Shown piece after piece: positions 9,863-18,700 of a DNA stretch of 64,000 nt. This DNA comes from an uncultured Verrucomicrobiae bacterium (GTDB taxonomy: Bacteria; Verrucomicrobiota; Verrucomicrobiia; Chthoniobacterales; Chthoniobacteraceae). A program made the position numbers and the translations under genes. How positions within the stretch are numbered: position 1 is the stretch's first letter; every line of letters starts with the position of its first letter. Location: the NCBI GenBank assembly GCA_963836755.1, contig CAWIKF010000002.1, positions 1,888,001 to 1,952,000 of the forward strand, in the 5' to 3' direction. The notes under the pieces were generated by a model that saw only the letters and a list, made by a program, of their open reading frames with translations, was not told the origin of the DNA and ran no database searches.

Positions 9863-10382
9863 CGCAGCAGTTTTTTTTGACCGCGACGGGACGCTGATGG
9901 AGGAGGTCGATTACTGCGGCGATCCCGACAAAGTCCGCGTGCTGCCCGGCGCAGCCGATGCGCTCGATGCGCTCCACGCTGCCGGTTTTAAAAACGTGAT
10001 CATCACGAACCAAAGCGGCGTCGCGCGCGGCTTCATCACGCACGCGCAATATCATTCCGTCAACGAAGCGTTGCTCGCTCGAATCGGTGCGGGCAAAATT
10101 GACGCCGTTTATTTTTGCCCCGATTTTTCCGAGCGTCGCAAGCCGTCGCCCGCGATGGTTCTGGAAGCAGCGGACGATCTCGACCTCGATCTCGCGCGCT
10201 CCTTTTTCATCGGCGACAAAACTAGCGACATCGAGTGCGGGCGCGCCGCGGGCGTTCGCACGATTCTCGTCGAGACCGGCTACGGAAAAGCGCAATCGGA
10301 CGCGCGACCGGATTTCATCGCGAAAAATCTCGCCGACGCCGCACGCCACATTCTCGCGCAGACTCATGCCCAGCGCGCCTGA
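9855..10382 (+). CDS. gmhB: D,D-heptose 1,7-bisphosphate phosphatase (HAD IIIA)
   Basis: FFDRDGTL, ITNQSG, RRKPSP, IGDKTSD, TGYG. Confidence 0.88.
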   Translation: MPDAAVFFDRDGTLMEEVDYCGDPDKVRVLPGAADALDALHAAGFKNVIITNQSGVARGFITHAQYHSVNEALLARIGAGKIDAVYFCPDFSERRKPSPAMVLEAADDLDLDLARSFFIGDKTSDIECGRAAGVRTILVETGYGKAQSDARPDFIAKNLADAARHILAQTHAQRA

Positions 10383-11121
10383 AAAAGTTGCGGCCATTCT
10401 GCCAGCGCGCTGGGGCTCGACGCGATTTCCCGGCAAACCGCTCCACATCATCGCCGGCAAACCTTTACTCCAACACGTTTGGGAACGCTGCCTCCGCGCT
10501 CGCCGCCTCGCGCGCATCCTCATCGCCACGGACGACCACCGCATCGCGGACGCCGCGCGCGACTTTGGCGCCGAGGTTGTGATGACATCGGCGCGCCACC
10601 GCAGCGGCACGGATCGGGTCGCCGAAGCTGCGCGCAGGCTGCGCGGCATTTCGCATATTATAAATGTGCAGGGCGACGAACCGCTCATCGACCCGCGCCT
10701 CATCGATCGCATCGCCGACCTCCTTCTCGGCGAAAAGCCGGAGATGATTACAGCCGCAAATCTTTTTCCAACAGACGAACCACTCGATAATCCGAATGTA
10801 GTCAAAGTTGTCCTCGATCGTGATGGGAACGCGCTCTATTTCTCGCGCAGCCCGATCCCGCACGATCGCGACCGCGCGGACAAAGTTCGACATTACCGGC
10901 ATCAGGGAATTTACGGTTACTCCGCGAAATTCTTGCAGCGCTTCGTCGACTGGAAACCGACGCCGCTCGAATGCGCGGAGCAGCTCGAGCAACTTCGTGC
11001 GCTCGAGCATGGCGTGAAAATTCGTGTCCTGGTGACGAAGCACAGCAGCGCTGGCATCGACACTCCGGCCGATGCGGAACGGCTGGAAGCGCTGCTCCGT
11101 TGCGCGAGCGGGAACAAGTAA
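10366..11121 (+). CDS. kdsB: 3-deoxy-manno-octulosonate cytidylyltransferase
   Basis: PARWGSTRFPGKPL, SGTDR, NVQGDEP, LYFSRSPIP, LEQLRALE. Confidence 0.96.
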   Translation: MPSAPEKVAAILPARWGSTRFPGKPLHIIAGKPLLQHVWERCLRARRLARILIATDDHRIADAARDFGAEVVMTSARHRSGTDRVAEAARRLRGISHIINVQGDEPLIDPRLIDRIADLLLGEKPEMITAANLFPTDEPLDNPNVVKVVLDRDGNALYFSRSPIPHDRDRADKVRHYRHQGIYGYSAKFLQRFVDWKPTPLECAEQLEQLRALEHGVKIRVLVTKHSSAGIDTPADAERLEALLRCASGNK

Positions 11122-11264
11122 AAGTCTGCCGGCGAAAGTTTTTCTCCGCCTCGCCGGGTGCGATTGGGCGCAGAGTTTGAACACCGGCCGCGCAGCGCTT
11201 GTTTAAATATTTTGTAAAACGGCGGTGACGAATCGCGCGTGGTCGTGCATCTTTTCCCGGCCGA

Positions 11265-14200
11265 ATGCGCAAATCTATTTCCTCGATGGAAAAACCGGAG
11301 CTTCTCGATGAGCGTGGATTCCACCGGGTGTTGCGCCGGGCGACGGTCGCGCTGTCGCTGGCCTTGAGCTTGCCGACGCTGGCGCTGCTCTCGCTGGTTT
11401 TGATCCTGCTGCACGCGGGCGAGCGCGTGAATCACACCGACGAGGTGATCGCGCAGGCGAACGTGCTCAATCAGCTTTTAGTCGAGATGCAGACGAGCTT
11501 CCGCGGCTATCGGCTCTCGAATGACGAGAGTTATCTCAAGCTTTTCGCGCAGGACCGGAGTTCGTTTATTCCGGCTGCGAACGGGCTCTCGATGCTGGTG
11601 GCGGACAATCCTCCCCAACTCGCGCAGGTGGCGAGATTCCGAGACGAGGCGAATGCGTGGTTCGCTTTCGTCGATGACGAGCTCGCGAAGGTGCGCGGAA
11701 ACGAGGCGCTGGTGCACAACCCGGAATTTCTGAAACGAGGCGTGCCGATTTTTAACACAGCGCAAACGCGCATGGATCAAATCGTCATCGAAGAGCGCAG
11801 GCTGCGGGCCTTGCGCGACAAGAATTTGGATGGCGTCGTCAATGCGCTGCTGTGGACGCTCGGCCTCGTCGCGCTCGCTGGAATTCCCGCGCTGGCGTTT
11901 GGGCTGCGGCGGCTGTTGCTGCGAGTGAGCGCGTCTTACCAAGCGAGCGTCGATGCGGCCGAGCTGCGCGCGCGCGAGCTGCGCGTGACGCTGAGCTCGA
12001 TCGGCGACGCGGTGGTCGCGACGGACGCGGAGGGGAAAGTTACTTTTTTAAATCCGGCTGCGGAGGGATTGATGGGATGGTCAAACGCGGAGGCAACAGG
12101 CCGGCCGCTGTCGGAAGTTTTCGACATCTTCAATCAGACGACGCGTGTGCCGGTGGAAAATCCGGTCGCGCGGGTGTTGCGGAAAAATGTCGTTGTCGGC
12201 CTCGCGAATCATACGGTGCTCCGCGCGCGGGACGGCCGCGAAGTGCCGATCGAGGATTCGGCGGCGCCAATCCGCAGCGACCGCGGCGAAGTGCTCGGCG
12301 TCATTCTTGTTTTTCACGATGTCACGGAAAGGCGCGAGATCGAGCGGAAGCTGCACGAGGGCGCGCTCCTTTCGACGCTGCGCGCAGATGTCGCGGGGCA
12401 ATTCGATCTCGGCAGTCCGCTCGACAAGACGCTGCAAGGTTGTTGCGAAATTCTGGTGCGGCATCTCGATGTGGCATTCGCGCGCATCTGGACGCTCGAT
12501 GCGGAGGGCGAGACCCTTATTTTAAAAGCGAGCGCCGGCCTCTACACGCATCTTGACGGGCCGCACGCGCGCGTGCCGGTGGGAAAATTTAAAATCGGCC
12601 GCATCGCGCAAAACCGTCAGCCGCATTTGACGAACGACGTGGCGCACGATCCGAACATCAGTGATCCGGAGTGGGCGCGGCGCGAGGGGATGGTGGCCTT
12701 TGCCGGTTACCCGCTGCTCGTCGAGGGGCGGCTGGCGGGTGTGCTGGCGGTTTTCGCGCGACACACATTGTCGGACGCGGTGCTGGGCGACCTCGCGCCG
12801 ATCTCGGATGCAATCGCGCAACACATCGAGCGCAAGCGCGCCGAGGCTGCGCTGCACGCGAACGAAGTTTTGAAAACCGCCGTTCTCGACACTTCGCTCG
12901 ACGGTTTCATCCTGATGAATCACGAGGGCCGCATCCAGGACTGGAACGCAGCGGCGGAGCGGATCTTCGGCGCGACGCGAGCGGAGGTCGCCGGAGAATT
13001 TCTCAGCGAAACGATCGTGCCGGAAAATTTGCGCGAGGCGCATCAGCGTGGATTGGCGCGCTACCTCGCCACGCGCGAGGGGCAGATTCTCGGGCGCCGT
13101 CTGGAGCTTCCGGCGCTGCGTGCGGATGGGAAGGAGTTCCCGTGCGAGCTTTCCATCACGCACATCCCCGGCACCGAGCCGCCGCTTTTCGCCGGCTACG
13201 TGCGCGACATCACCGACCGGAAGGAAAATGAAATGGCGCTTCGCGCGGCGACTGAGCAGGCCGAGGCCGCGGCGCGGGCGGTGGCCGAATCGGCGGACCG
13301 CTTCCGCCTCCTCTCGGAAGTCGTCTCGCTGCAAGTCTGGACCGCGCGGCCCGATGGTGAACTCGATTTTACCAACACCGAATGCCGCGCGTATTTCGGC
13401 GTCGTCGCCGACGAGGAGATTCTCGGGAACGGGTGGACGCAATTCGTGCATCCCGACGATCTGCCGACGGTGGCGGAGATGTGGCAAAAGTGTCTCCCGA
13501 CCGGCGACAGCTACGAGGTGGAATTTCGGCTGCGCGATCGCGACGGCGTCTATCGCTGGTTCCTTGGCCGCGCCGAGGCGATGCGGGACGGCGACGGCCG
13601 CATCGCGAAATGGTTCGGCACGAACACCGACATCCACGATCTCAAAATGGCGCAGGGGGAAGCGGAGCGGGCCAGTCGCGCGAAAGATGATTTCCTCGCC
13701 GTCCTCTCCCACGAGCTGCGCACGCCTTTGACGCCGGTTTTGCTCACGGCCGCCGCGCTGCGCGAGGACGACCGCCTGCCTCTCGACGTGCGCGAACAGC
13801 TCGGCATGATGGAACGCAACATCGGCCTTGAGGCGCGTCTCATCGATGATTTGCTCGACCTCACGCGCATCGCAAAGGGGAAACTGCCGCTGCGCCAGCA
13901 GCTCTGCGATACGCACTCGCTCATCGGGCTCGCGATCGAGATCGTGCGCGACGAAGCGCAAACGAAAGGGATTTTTCTCGACCGAAGATTCGATGCCCAG
14001 CACAGCGGGCTCTTCGTCGACCCCTCGCGCTTGCAGCAGGTGATGTGGAATTTGCTGCGCAACGCCGTCAAATTCACCCCGCGAGGCGGACGCGTCACGA
14101 TTCGCACGCGCGACCTTCAGCGTGAAGACGGCGCGGAATGGCTTTCGATCGAAGTGCGCGACTCCGGCATCGGGATCGAACCCGATGCCCTCGAGCGAAT

Positions 14201-14822
14201 CTTCCAGCCATTCGAGCAGGCGCAATTGACCGGCGACCACCGCTTCGGCGGCATCGGCCTTGGCCTCGCCATCGCGCGAGCCATCGTCGATTTGCACGGC
14301 GGCACCATCCGCGCCGAAAGCGAAGGGGCGGACCGCGGCTCGGTTTTCATCGTGACACTCCCCGGCGCAACCACGCCGCCGGCCGGAATCGAGCTGCCGG
14401 ACACTGCCGATCTCTTTTTGCACGGTATCGCTCCAGCCGAGCCCGCGCCCGCGATGCCGTCGCTGCGCTTGATGCTCGTCGAGGATCACGAGGCGACGCT
14501 GCAAGTGCTCACCCGACTGCTCACCCGCGCGGGGCATCAAGTTTTCACCAGCAATTCCGTGGCGGGCGCGCTCGCTGTGGCGGCTACGAAAAAAATCGAC
14601 CTCGTCATCAGCGACCTCGGCCTGCCCGATGGCACCGGCAACGATCTGATGGAGCAGCTTCGCGACCGGCATCAATTGAGCGGCATCGCCCTGACCGGCT
14701 ATGGAATGGAAGAAGATCTGGAGCGCTCGCGGCAGGCGGGATTTTTCACCCATCTCATCAAGCCGGTCGACTTTAACCAGCTCCGCCGCGCCGTCGCGGC
14801 ATTCAGAGTCGATCGGGAGTGA
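11265..14822 (+). CDS. Hybrid sensor histidine kinase (CHASE3-PAS-GAF-PAS-PAS-HisKA-HATPase-REC)
   Basis: Two TM helices around a CHASE3-like region (FRGYRLS), three PAS domains, a GAF domain, SHELRTPL, NAVKFT, GIGLGLAI, C-terminal LVISDLGLPD receiver; start may be 11286. Confidence 0.93.
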   Translation: MRKSISSMEKPELLDERGFHRVLRRATVALSLALSLPTLALLSLVLILLHAGERVNHTDEVIAQANVLNQLLVEMQTSFRGYRLSNDESYLKLFAQDRSSFIPAANGLSMLVADNPPQLAQVARFRDEANAWFAFVDDELAKVRGNEALVHNPEFLKRGVPIFNTAQTRMDQIVIEERRLRALRDKNLDGVVNALLWTLGLVALAGIPALAFGLRRLLLRVSASYQASVDAAELRARELRVTLSSIGDAVVATDAEGKVTFLNPAAEGLMGWSNAEATGRPLSEVFDIFNQTTRVPVENPVARVLRKNVVVGLANHTVLRARDGREVPIEDSAAPIRSDRGEVLGVILVFHDVTERREIERKLHEGALLSTLRADVAGQFDLGSPLDKTLQGCCEILVRHLDVAFARIWTLDAEGETLILKASAGLYTHLDGPHARVPVGKFKIGRIAQNRQPHLTNDVAHDPNISDPEWARREGMVAFAGYPLLVEGRLAGVLAVFARHTLSDAVLGDLAPISDAIAQHIERKRAEAALHANEVLKTAVLDTSLDGFILMNHEGRIQDWNAAAERIFGATRAEVAGEFLSETIVPENLREAHQRGLARYLATREGQILGRRLELPALRADGKEFPCELSITHIPGTEPPLFAGYVRDITDRKENEMALRAATEQAEAAARAVAESADRFRLLSEVVSLQVWTARPDGELDFTNTECRAYFGVVADEEILGNGWTQFVHPDDLPTVAEMWQKCLPTGDSYEVEFRLRDRDGVYRWFLGRAEAMRDGDGRIAKWFGTNTDIHDLKMAQGEAERASRAKDDFLAVLSHELRTPLTPVLLTAAALREDDRLPLDVREQLGMMERNIGLEARLIDDLLDLTRIAKGKLPLRQQLCDTHSLIGLAIEIVRDEAQTKGIFLDRRFDAQHSGLFVDPSRLQQVMWNLLRNAVKFTPRGGRVTIRTRDLQREDGAEWLSIEVRDSGIGIEPDALERIFQPFEQAQLTGDHRFGGIGLGLAIARAIVDLHGGTIRAESEGADRGSVFIVTLPGATTPPAGIELPDTADLFLHGIAPAEPAPAMPSLRLMLVEDHEATLQVLTRLLTRAGHQVFTSNSVAGALAVAATKKIDLVISDLGLPDGTGNDLMEQLRDRHQLSGIALTGYGMEEDLERSRQAGFFTHLIKPVDFNQLRRAVAAFRVDRE

Positions 14823-14900
14823 CGCGCTCGACGGACTTTCGTCGGCGATCCCAAACCTTCGGGCTTCCTACGCAGGGCTTCGCACGCCCGAAATAATTCG

Positions 14901-15608
14901 CTATCCGCGGACCAGCACCGTCTGGATCCCACTCGGCTGGCCCACCGGCGTGTCCTTCGCACAAGCCTGACCCTGGATTTCCCACTCCTCCGGCTGGCCG
15001 GGCGTGGTGATCGGGATGTGCAGCGACGCTGGCGTCGCCATGAACCGGCCGAGATTGATCCATGTGCCCGTGCCCGCTTTGCGCCCATGAAACTCCATCG
15101 CGGCAACATTGCCGCCGGCCTTGCGAAATTTCGCGCTCACCGTCGCTGTGGCCGTGCAGGTCACGCCGCTGACCACCGCGACGTAGCTGGCGGGATCAAA
15201 GCCGCTGCCCGTTCCTTCAGTCCGCAGCGTATTCCCCTGCACTTCGGGATTGTAGCTTGTCGAGCTTTTCACCGCCTGCACCCATTTTTCGCGGCGCGCC
15301 TCGATCCCGCCGAGCACTGCGTCGGGCGAGGTCGGCAACGTCGGCATCGCGGGAAAGACCGGCGCGGCCCCGTCAATTGCCCCGTCGAGATACGCGTGGA
15401 TGTAGCCGGTGATGCTCATCACGAACCCGGCGTAGATATTCGGCAACGTGCGGTAGAGATAGACCGCCATGGCGGCATCGGCGAGGATCGAGGTGATCTG
15501 CGCGGCGGGAATTCCGCAGGCCGCGAGCGTGGTCCCGTTATCGGAGATGATGTTGGCCCACCATTCAGCGCGGCCGTCGTTGGTTTGTGGATAGTAGCGG
15601 TTTGCCAT
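14901..15608 (-). CDS. Hypothetical protein, helical N-terminus plus Ig/FN3-like C-terminus
   Basis: MANRYYPQTNDGRAEWWAN... with Pro-rich hinge; C-terminal beta-strands ending PVGQPSGIQTVLV; no signal peptide. Confidence 0.75.
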   Translation of the reverse strand: MANRYYPQTNDGRAEWWANIISDNGTTLAACGIPAAQITSILADAAMAVYLYRTLPNIYAGFVMSITGYIHAYLDGAIDGAAPVFPAMPTLPTSPDAVLGGIEARREKWVQAVKSSTSYNPEVQGNTLRTEGTGSGFDPASYVAVVSGVTCTATATVSAKFRKAGGNVAAMEFHGRKAGTGTWINLGRFMATPASLHIPITTPGQPEEWEIQGQACAKDTPVGQPSGIQTVLVRG

Positions 15609-15697
15609 AGCTTGTTTTTGTTGGGTTGGAGCCGTCCCACCATGGGGCGGCTTTGGACGGATTCTGATCTTCGGCCGAGCGTTGTCGAAATATTTAG

Positions 15698-15715
15698 TGT
15701 TACGATTTCGTAACA
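15698..15715. promoter_or_regulatory. Perfect palindrome, candidate operator
   Basis: TGTTACGA-TT-TCGTAACA, about 90 bp upstream of the ATG at 15608. Confidence 0.5.
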
Positions 15716-15756
15716 AACGCCCGGCGCTTCCCGCCCGCCAGCGTCAGTCCAGGCCG

Positions 15757-16004
15757 AAAAATCCAAGGAGTGCCGGCGAAAATCCCAGGATTGGCGGCAA
15801 AAATCCTAGACTGGACGCCGAAAATCCTACGCTGGACGGCAAAAATCCCGCGTTGCTTCGCGAAAATCCTAGGTTGGCGGCAAAAATCCTAGGATGGATG
15901 CAGAAAATCCCAGGATGAATTGAGAAAATCCTGGGATGGATCGAGAAAATCCTAGGACTGGCGGCGAAAATCCCAGGTTGGAAGGAGAAAATCCCAGGAT
16001 TTTC
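15757..16004. repeat. Tandem array of 12 ~21-bp units
   Basis: Units start at 15757, 15778, 15799, 15820, 15841, 15862 (20 bp), 15882, 15903, 15924, 15945, 15966, 15987; consensus RAAAATCCYAGGATGGMNGSN. Confidence 0.93.
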
Positions 16005-16310
16005 GCGGCCAGTCCTGCGCATTTCCTCTGTAGAGCGGTCGCGAAATCCATTTTGTGACCCTTGGGATGAGGCCGGTTCCCACCGGAAGAGGGCCACGGA
16101 GTCTGTTCCATCGAGATGCGGCTCACCGGGTTCCATAGCCCCAGTCCCACCCGAGCCAGCGCACTCCGTTGGCCCGAAAACCTAGGATTCCGACGACCCA
16201 TTCGCGAATAGTCACAATAAAAACACAAAACGACACACGAAACTGATGGAATTATTATTTGACCCCACTATTTTACCGCAGCCGAAAGGCTCCTCCACCT
16301 CCAAAACCAA

Positions 16311-18563
16311 ATGAAATACAAGCAATCCTTCGCACTCAAGCTCCGCAACCGTTTCCCCATCGTCGCCGCCACGGCCACTTTGCTCGCCGTCCACTCCGCG
16401 CAGGCGATCGCCCCGACAAACACTGAGGACGACGTCATCAATGGTCAGACGGATTTGACGCTGGATGCCACATACACCGGCGGCCTGCCCGGGACTTCGA
16501 GCGATGTCACCTTTACGGCGCAGTCATACAATCCGGCGACCTTCACTGTTCCTACAGATCTCAGCATCGGCACGCTGAATGACCTGGCCACGAACTCCCT
16601 GACCATACAAGCCGGCGCGGGTAATACGAGCACGCTGACTCTCAATGGTGGCTCCAATACAGTGGGCGCCGACCCAGCCGATCTGATTTATGTAAAAAAC
16701 AACGTCGCCTTTACCGTCGGCACCACGGGCACCACAAATGGCACGCTCAAACTGTTTTTGGCAAACGGAGGCAACATCGATATCGCTGCCAATACGACCA
16801 CGATCAACTCCGTCATCTCCGACAACGGCGGCGGCTTTACAAAGACCGGCGCCGGAACGCTCAAGTTGACTGCAGCGAATACCTACACAGGCGCGACCGC
16901 GATCAACGTCGGCACCCTGAACCTGACCGGCAGCATTCTCAACAGTGCCGTCACCGTGAACACTGGTGCTACTCTTTTATTTACCAGCAACAATAACGAG
17001 AGCGCCTTCGTCACGGGAGGCATTGCCGGGCAGGGCGGAGTAACTTTCAACTACGGTAATCCGAGCAGTGTTTTTACCTTGAATGAAGCCAACACCTACA
17101 CAGGCACGACGACTTTCCAGAGTCGTGGCGTGGTTAAGGCCAACGTAGCCACGGTTTATAGTGGAGGCGCGCCCGTCAGTGGCGCGCTTGGCGTGAACTC
17201 GATGCTGAGCTTTGTCAATGGTTCCTCGGGCGAGACCGTTATCCTCAATGGAAAAAGCCAGCAGGTCGGTGCGCTGATTGGCGGCCAAAGCGGAAATGGC
17301 ATCGTGCTTAACGGTGCAAACTTAACGATCGGCGGTGCTGATGAGAGTGGCTCGTTTTCGGGCCAAATCACTGGCGGCCTGATTCCCGGGGGTGCGACCG
17401 GGACGCACTATAACGGTCTTGGCAGTAGCGCGAATGTAGGCGGGAATCTTATCAAGATTGGCTCGGGCGTTCAGACTCTGACTAATTCGAACTTCTACGT
17501 CGGATCGACGACGATCAGCGGTGGCACCCTCTCAATCAGCAGTATCGCCGATGGCGGCTTTGCGACGACCTTGACCTCAACCACTGCGTCAGGTGGAACG
17601 GTGCTGAACGTGGCAGATCCTACCGGCATCACCGCCGGCCAGAACGTCGTGGGGTCGGGAGGTATTCAAGGCCAGAAAGTTTCTTCCGTCTCAGGCAACG
17701 CGGTTACTTTGAACGGGGGCCTCACGGATCAAGCGGCAAATAGTGGCACAGCTGTCTACTTCGGAACTGGAAACGGCCTCGGTATTTCCACGAACGCGGC
17801 ATCGAACCTCGTCCTCGACGGCGGCACCCTGCAATACAAGGGCACCACGGTCGGCAGCACGGATCGTCTCTTTCAGATCGGCCAAAGCGGCGACGCAGGC
17901 GCGGTAACCGCCACGATCGATTCATCCAGCACTTCCAGCACGAACACGCTCAGCTTCACCAACACAGGCGCGGTGACATACGGAAACATTGGTCAGGCCG
18001 ATAACCTGACTTTAACCGGCAGCAACACGGGAGCTAACACGTTAGCTCCGAGCATCGGTGACAACGGCGCCGGCGCAGTTAGCGTGGCGAAGACCGGCGT
18101 CGGTTCCTGGACGGTCACCAACACGAACACCTACACGGGTGGAACCACCGTATCGCTCGGCAATCTTTCAACTAGCTCCACCGGCACTCTGGGAAATGGA
18201 AACGTTGCGGTCGCGGATACCGCCGGGACGGTTCTGACCTTGCAGAACACCGCGTCGATCGGCAGTTCGGCGATCCTCAGCTTCGGCACGAATTCCGTGA
18301 TCAACATGAACTTTACCGGCGATGATACGCTCGCGGGGATCACTGACACGACCACCTCGCAGATGATCACACCCGGCACTTACACCGCAGCGCAACTCGA
18401 CAGCTTCTTCGGCGTCAGCTCCTTCGCGACCAGCAATGGCGATCCGACGTCCGCAACGTTCACAGTTGTCCCCGAGCCCGGCACATGGGCGATGCTGCTC
18501 GGTGGCTTCGGCACATTGGTCGTCTTCCAGCGCGCGCGCCGGCGGAAATCGCTTCTCGCGTAG
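16311..18563 (+). CDS. PEP-CTERM surface protein with autotransporter-associated beta-strand (passenger) repeats
   Basis: Signal peptide; repeats such as KTGAGTLKLTAANTYTGATAINVGTL; C-terminal VPEPGTWAMLLGGFGTLVVFQRARRRK. Confidence 0.93.
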   Translation: MKYKQSFALKLRNRFPIVAATATLLAVHSAQAIAPTNTEDDVINGQTDLTLDATYTGGLPGTSSDVTFTAQSYNPATFTVPTDLSIGTLNDLATNSLTIQAGAGNTSTLTLNGGSNTVGADPADLIYVKNNVAFTVGTTGTTNGTLKLFLANGGNIDIAANTTTINSVISDNGGGFTKTGAGTLKLTAANTYTGATAINVGTLNLTGSILNSAVTVNTGATLLFTSNNNESAFVTGGIAGQGGVTFNYGNPSSVFTLNEANTYTGTTTFQSRGVVKANVATVYSGGAPVSGALGVNSMLSFVNGSSGETVILNGKSQQVGALIGGQSGNGIVLNGANLTIGGADESGSFSGQITGGLIPGGATGTHYNGLGSSANVGGNLIKIGSGVQTLTNSNFYVGSTTISGGTLSISSIADGGFATTLTSTTASGGTVLNVADPTGITAGQNVVGSGGIQGQKVSSVSGNAVTLNGGLTDQAANSGTAVYFGTGNGLGISTNAASNLVLDGGTLQYKGTTVGSTDRLFQIGQSGDAGAVTATIDSSSTSSTNTLSFTNTGAVTYGNIGQADNLTLTGSNTGANTLAPSIGDNGAGAVSVAKTGVGSWTVTNTNTYTGGTTVSLGNLSTSSTGTLGNGNVAVADTAGTVLTLQNTASIGSSAILSFGTNSVINMNFTGDDTLAGITDTTTSQMITPGTYTAAQLDSFFGVSSFATSNGDPTSATFTVVPEPGTWAMLLGGFGTLVVFQRARRRKSLLA

Positions 18564-18700
18564 AAGAAGCACGTCGCGGGAAACGTCGGAAACCTCTCCG
18601 TCGCCACTGGCGTCAAAGTAGAGGCTGCGCCCTGATTGGCATCACGCCGATCATTCGCGATTGGCGCAGGTAGAATCGCTTTCCTGGCGACTCCCTCGTC

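Noticed and set aside
15757..16004. CRISPR array interpretation of the 21-bp repeats
   Set aside because: The period is far too short, the variable parts are 7-8 nt and related to each other, and no cas genes are in the window
15682..16228. ORFs across the repeat array (15682-15918 +, 15744-16136 -, 15869-16228 -)
   Set aside because: The repeat register shifts at the 20-bp unit in every frame, and there is no convincing start or known domain; treated as by-products of the repeat, though not strictly excluded
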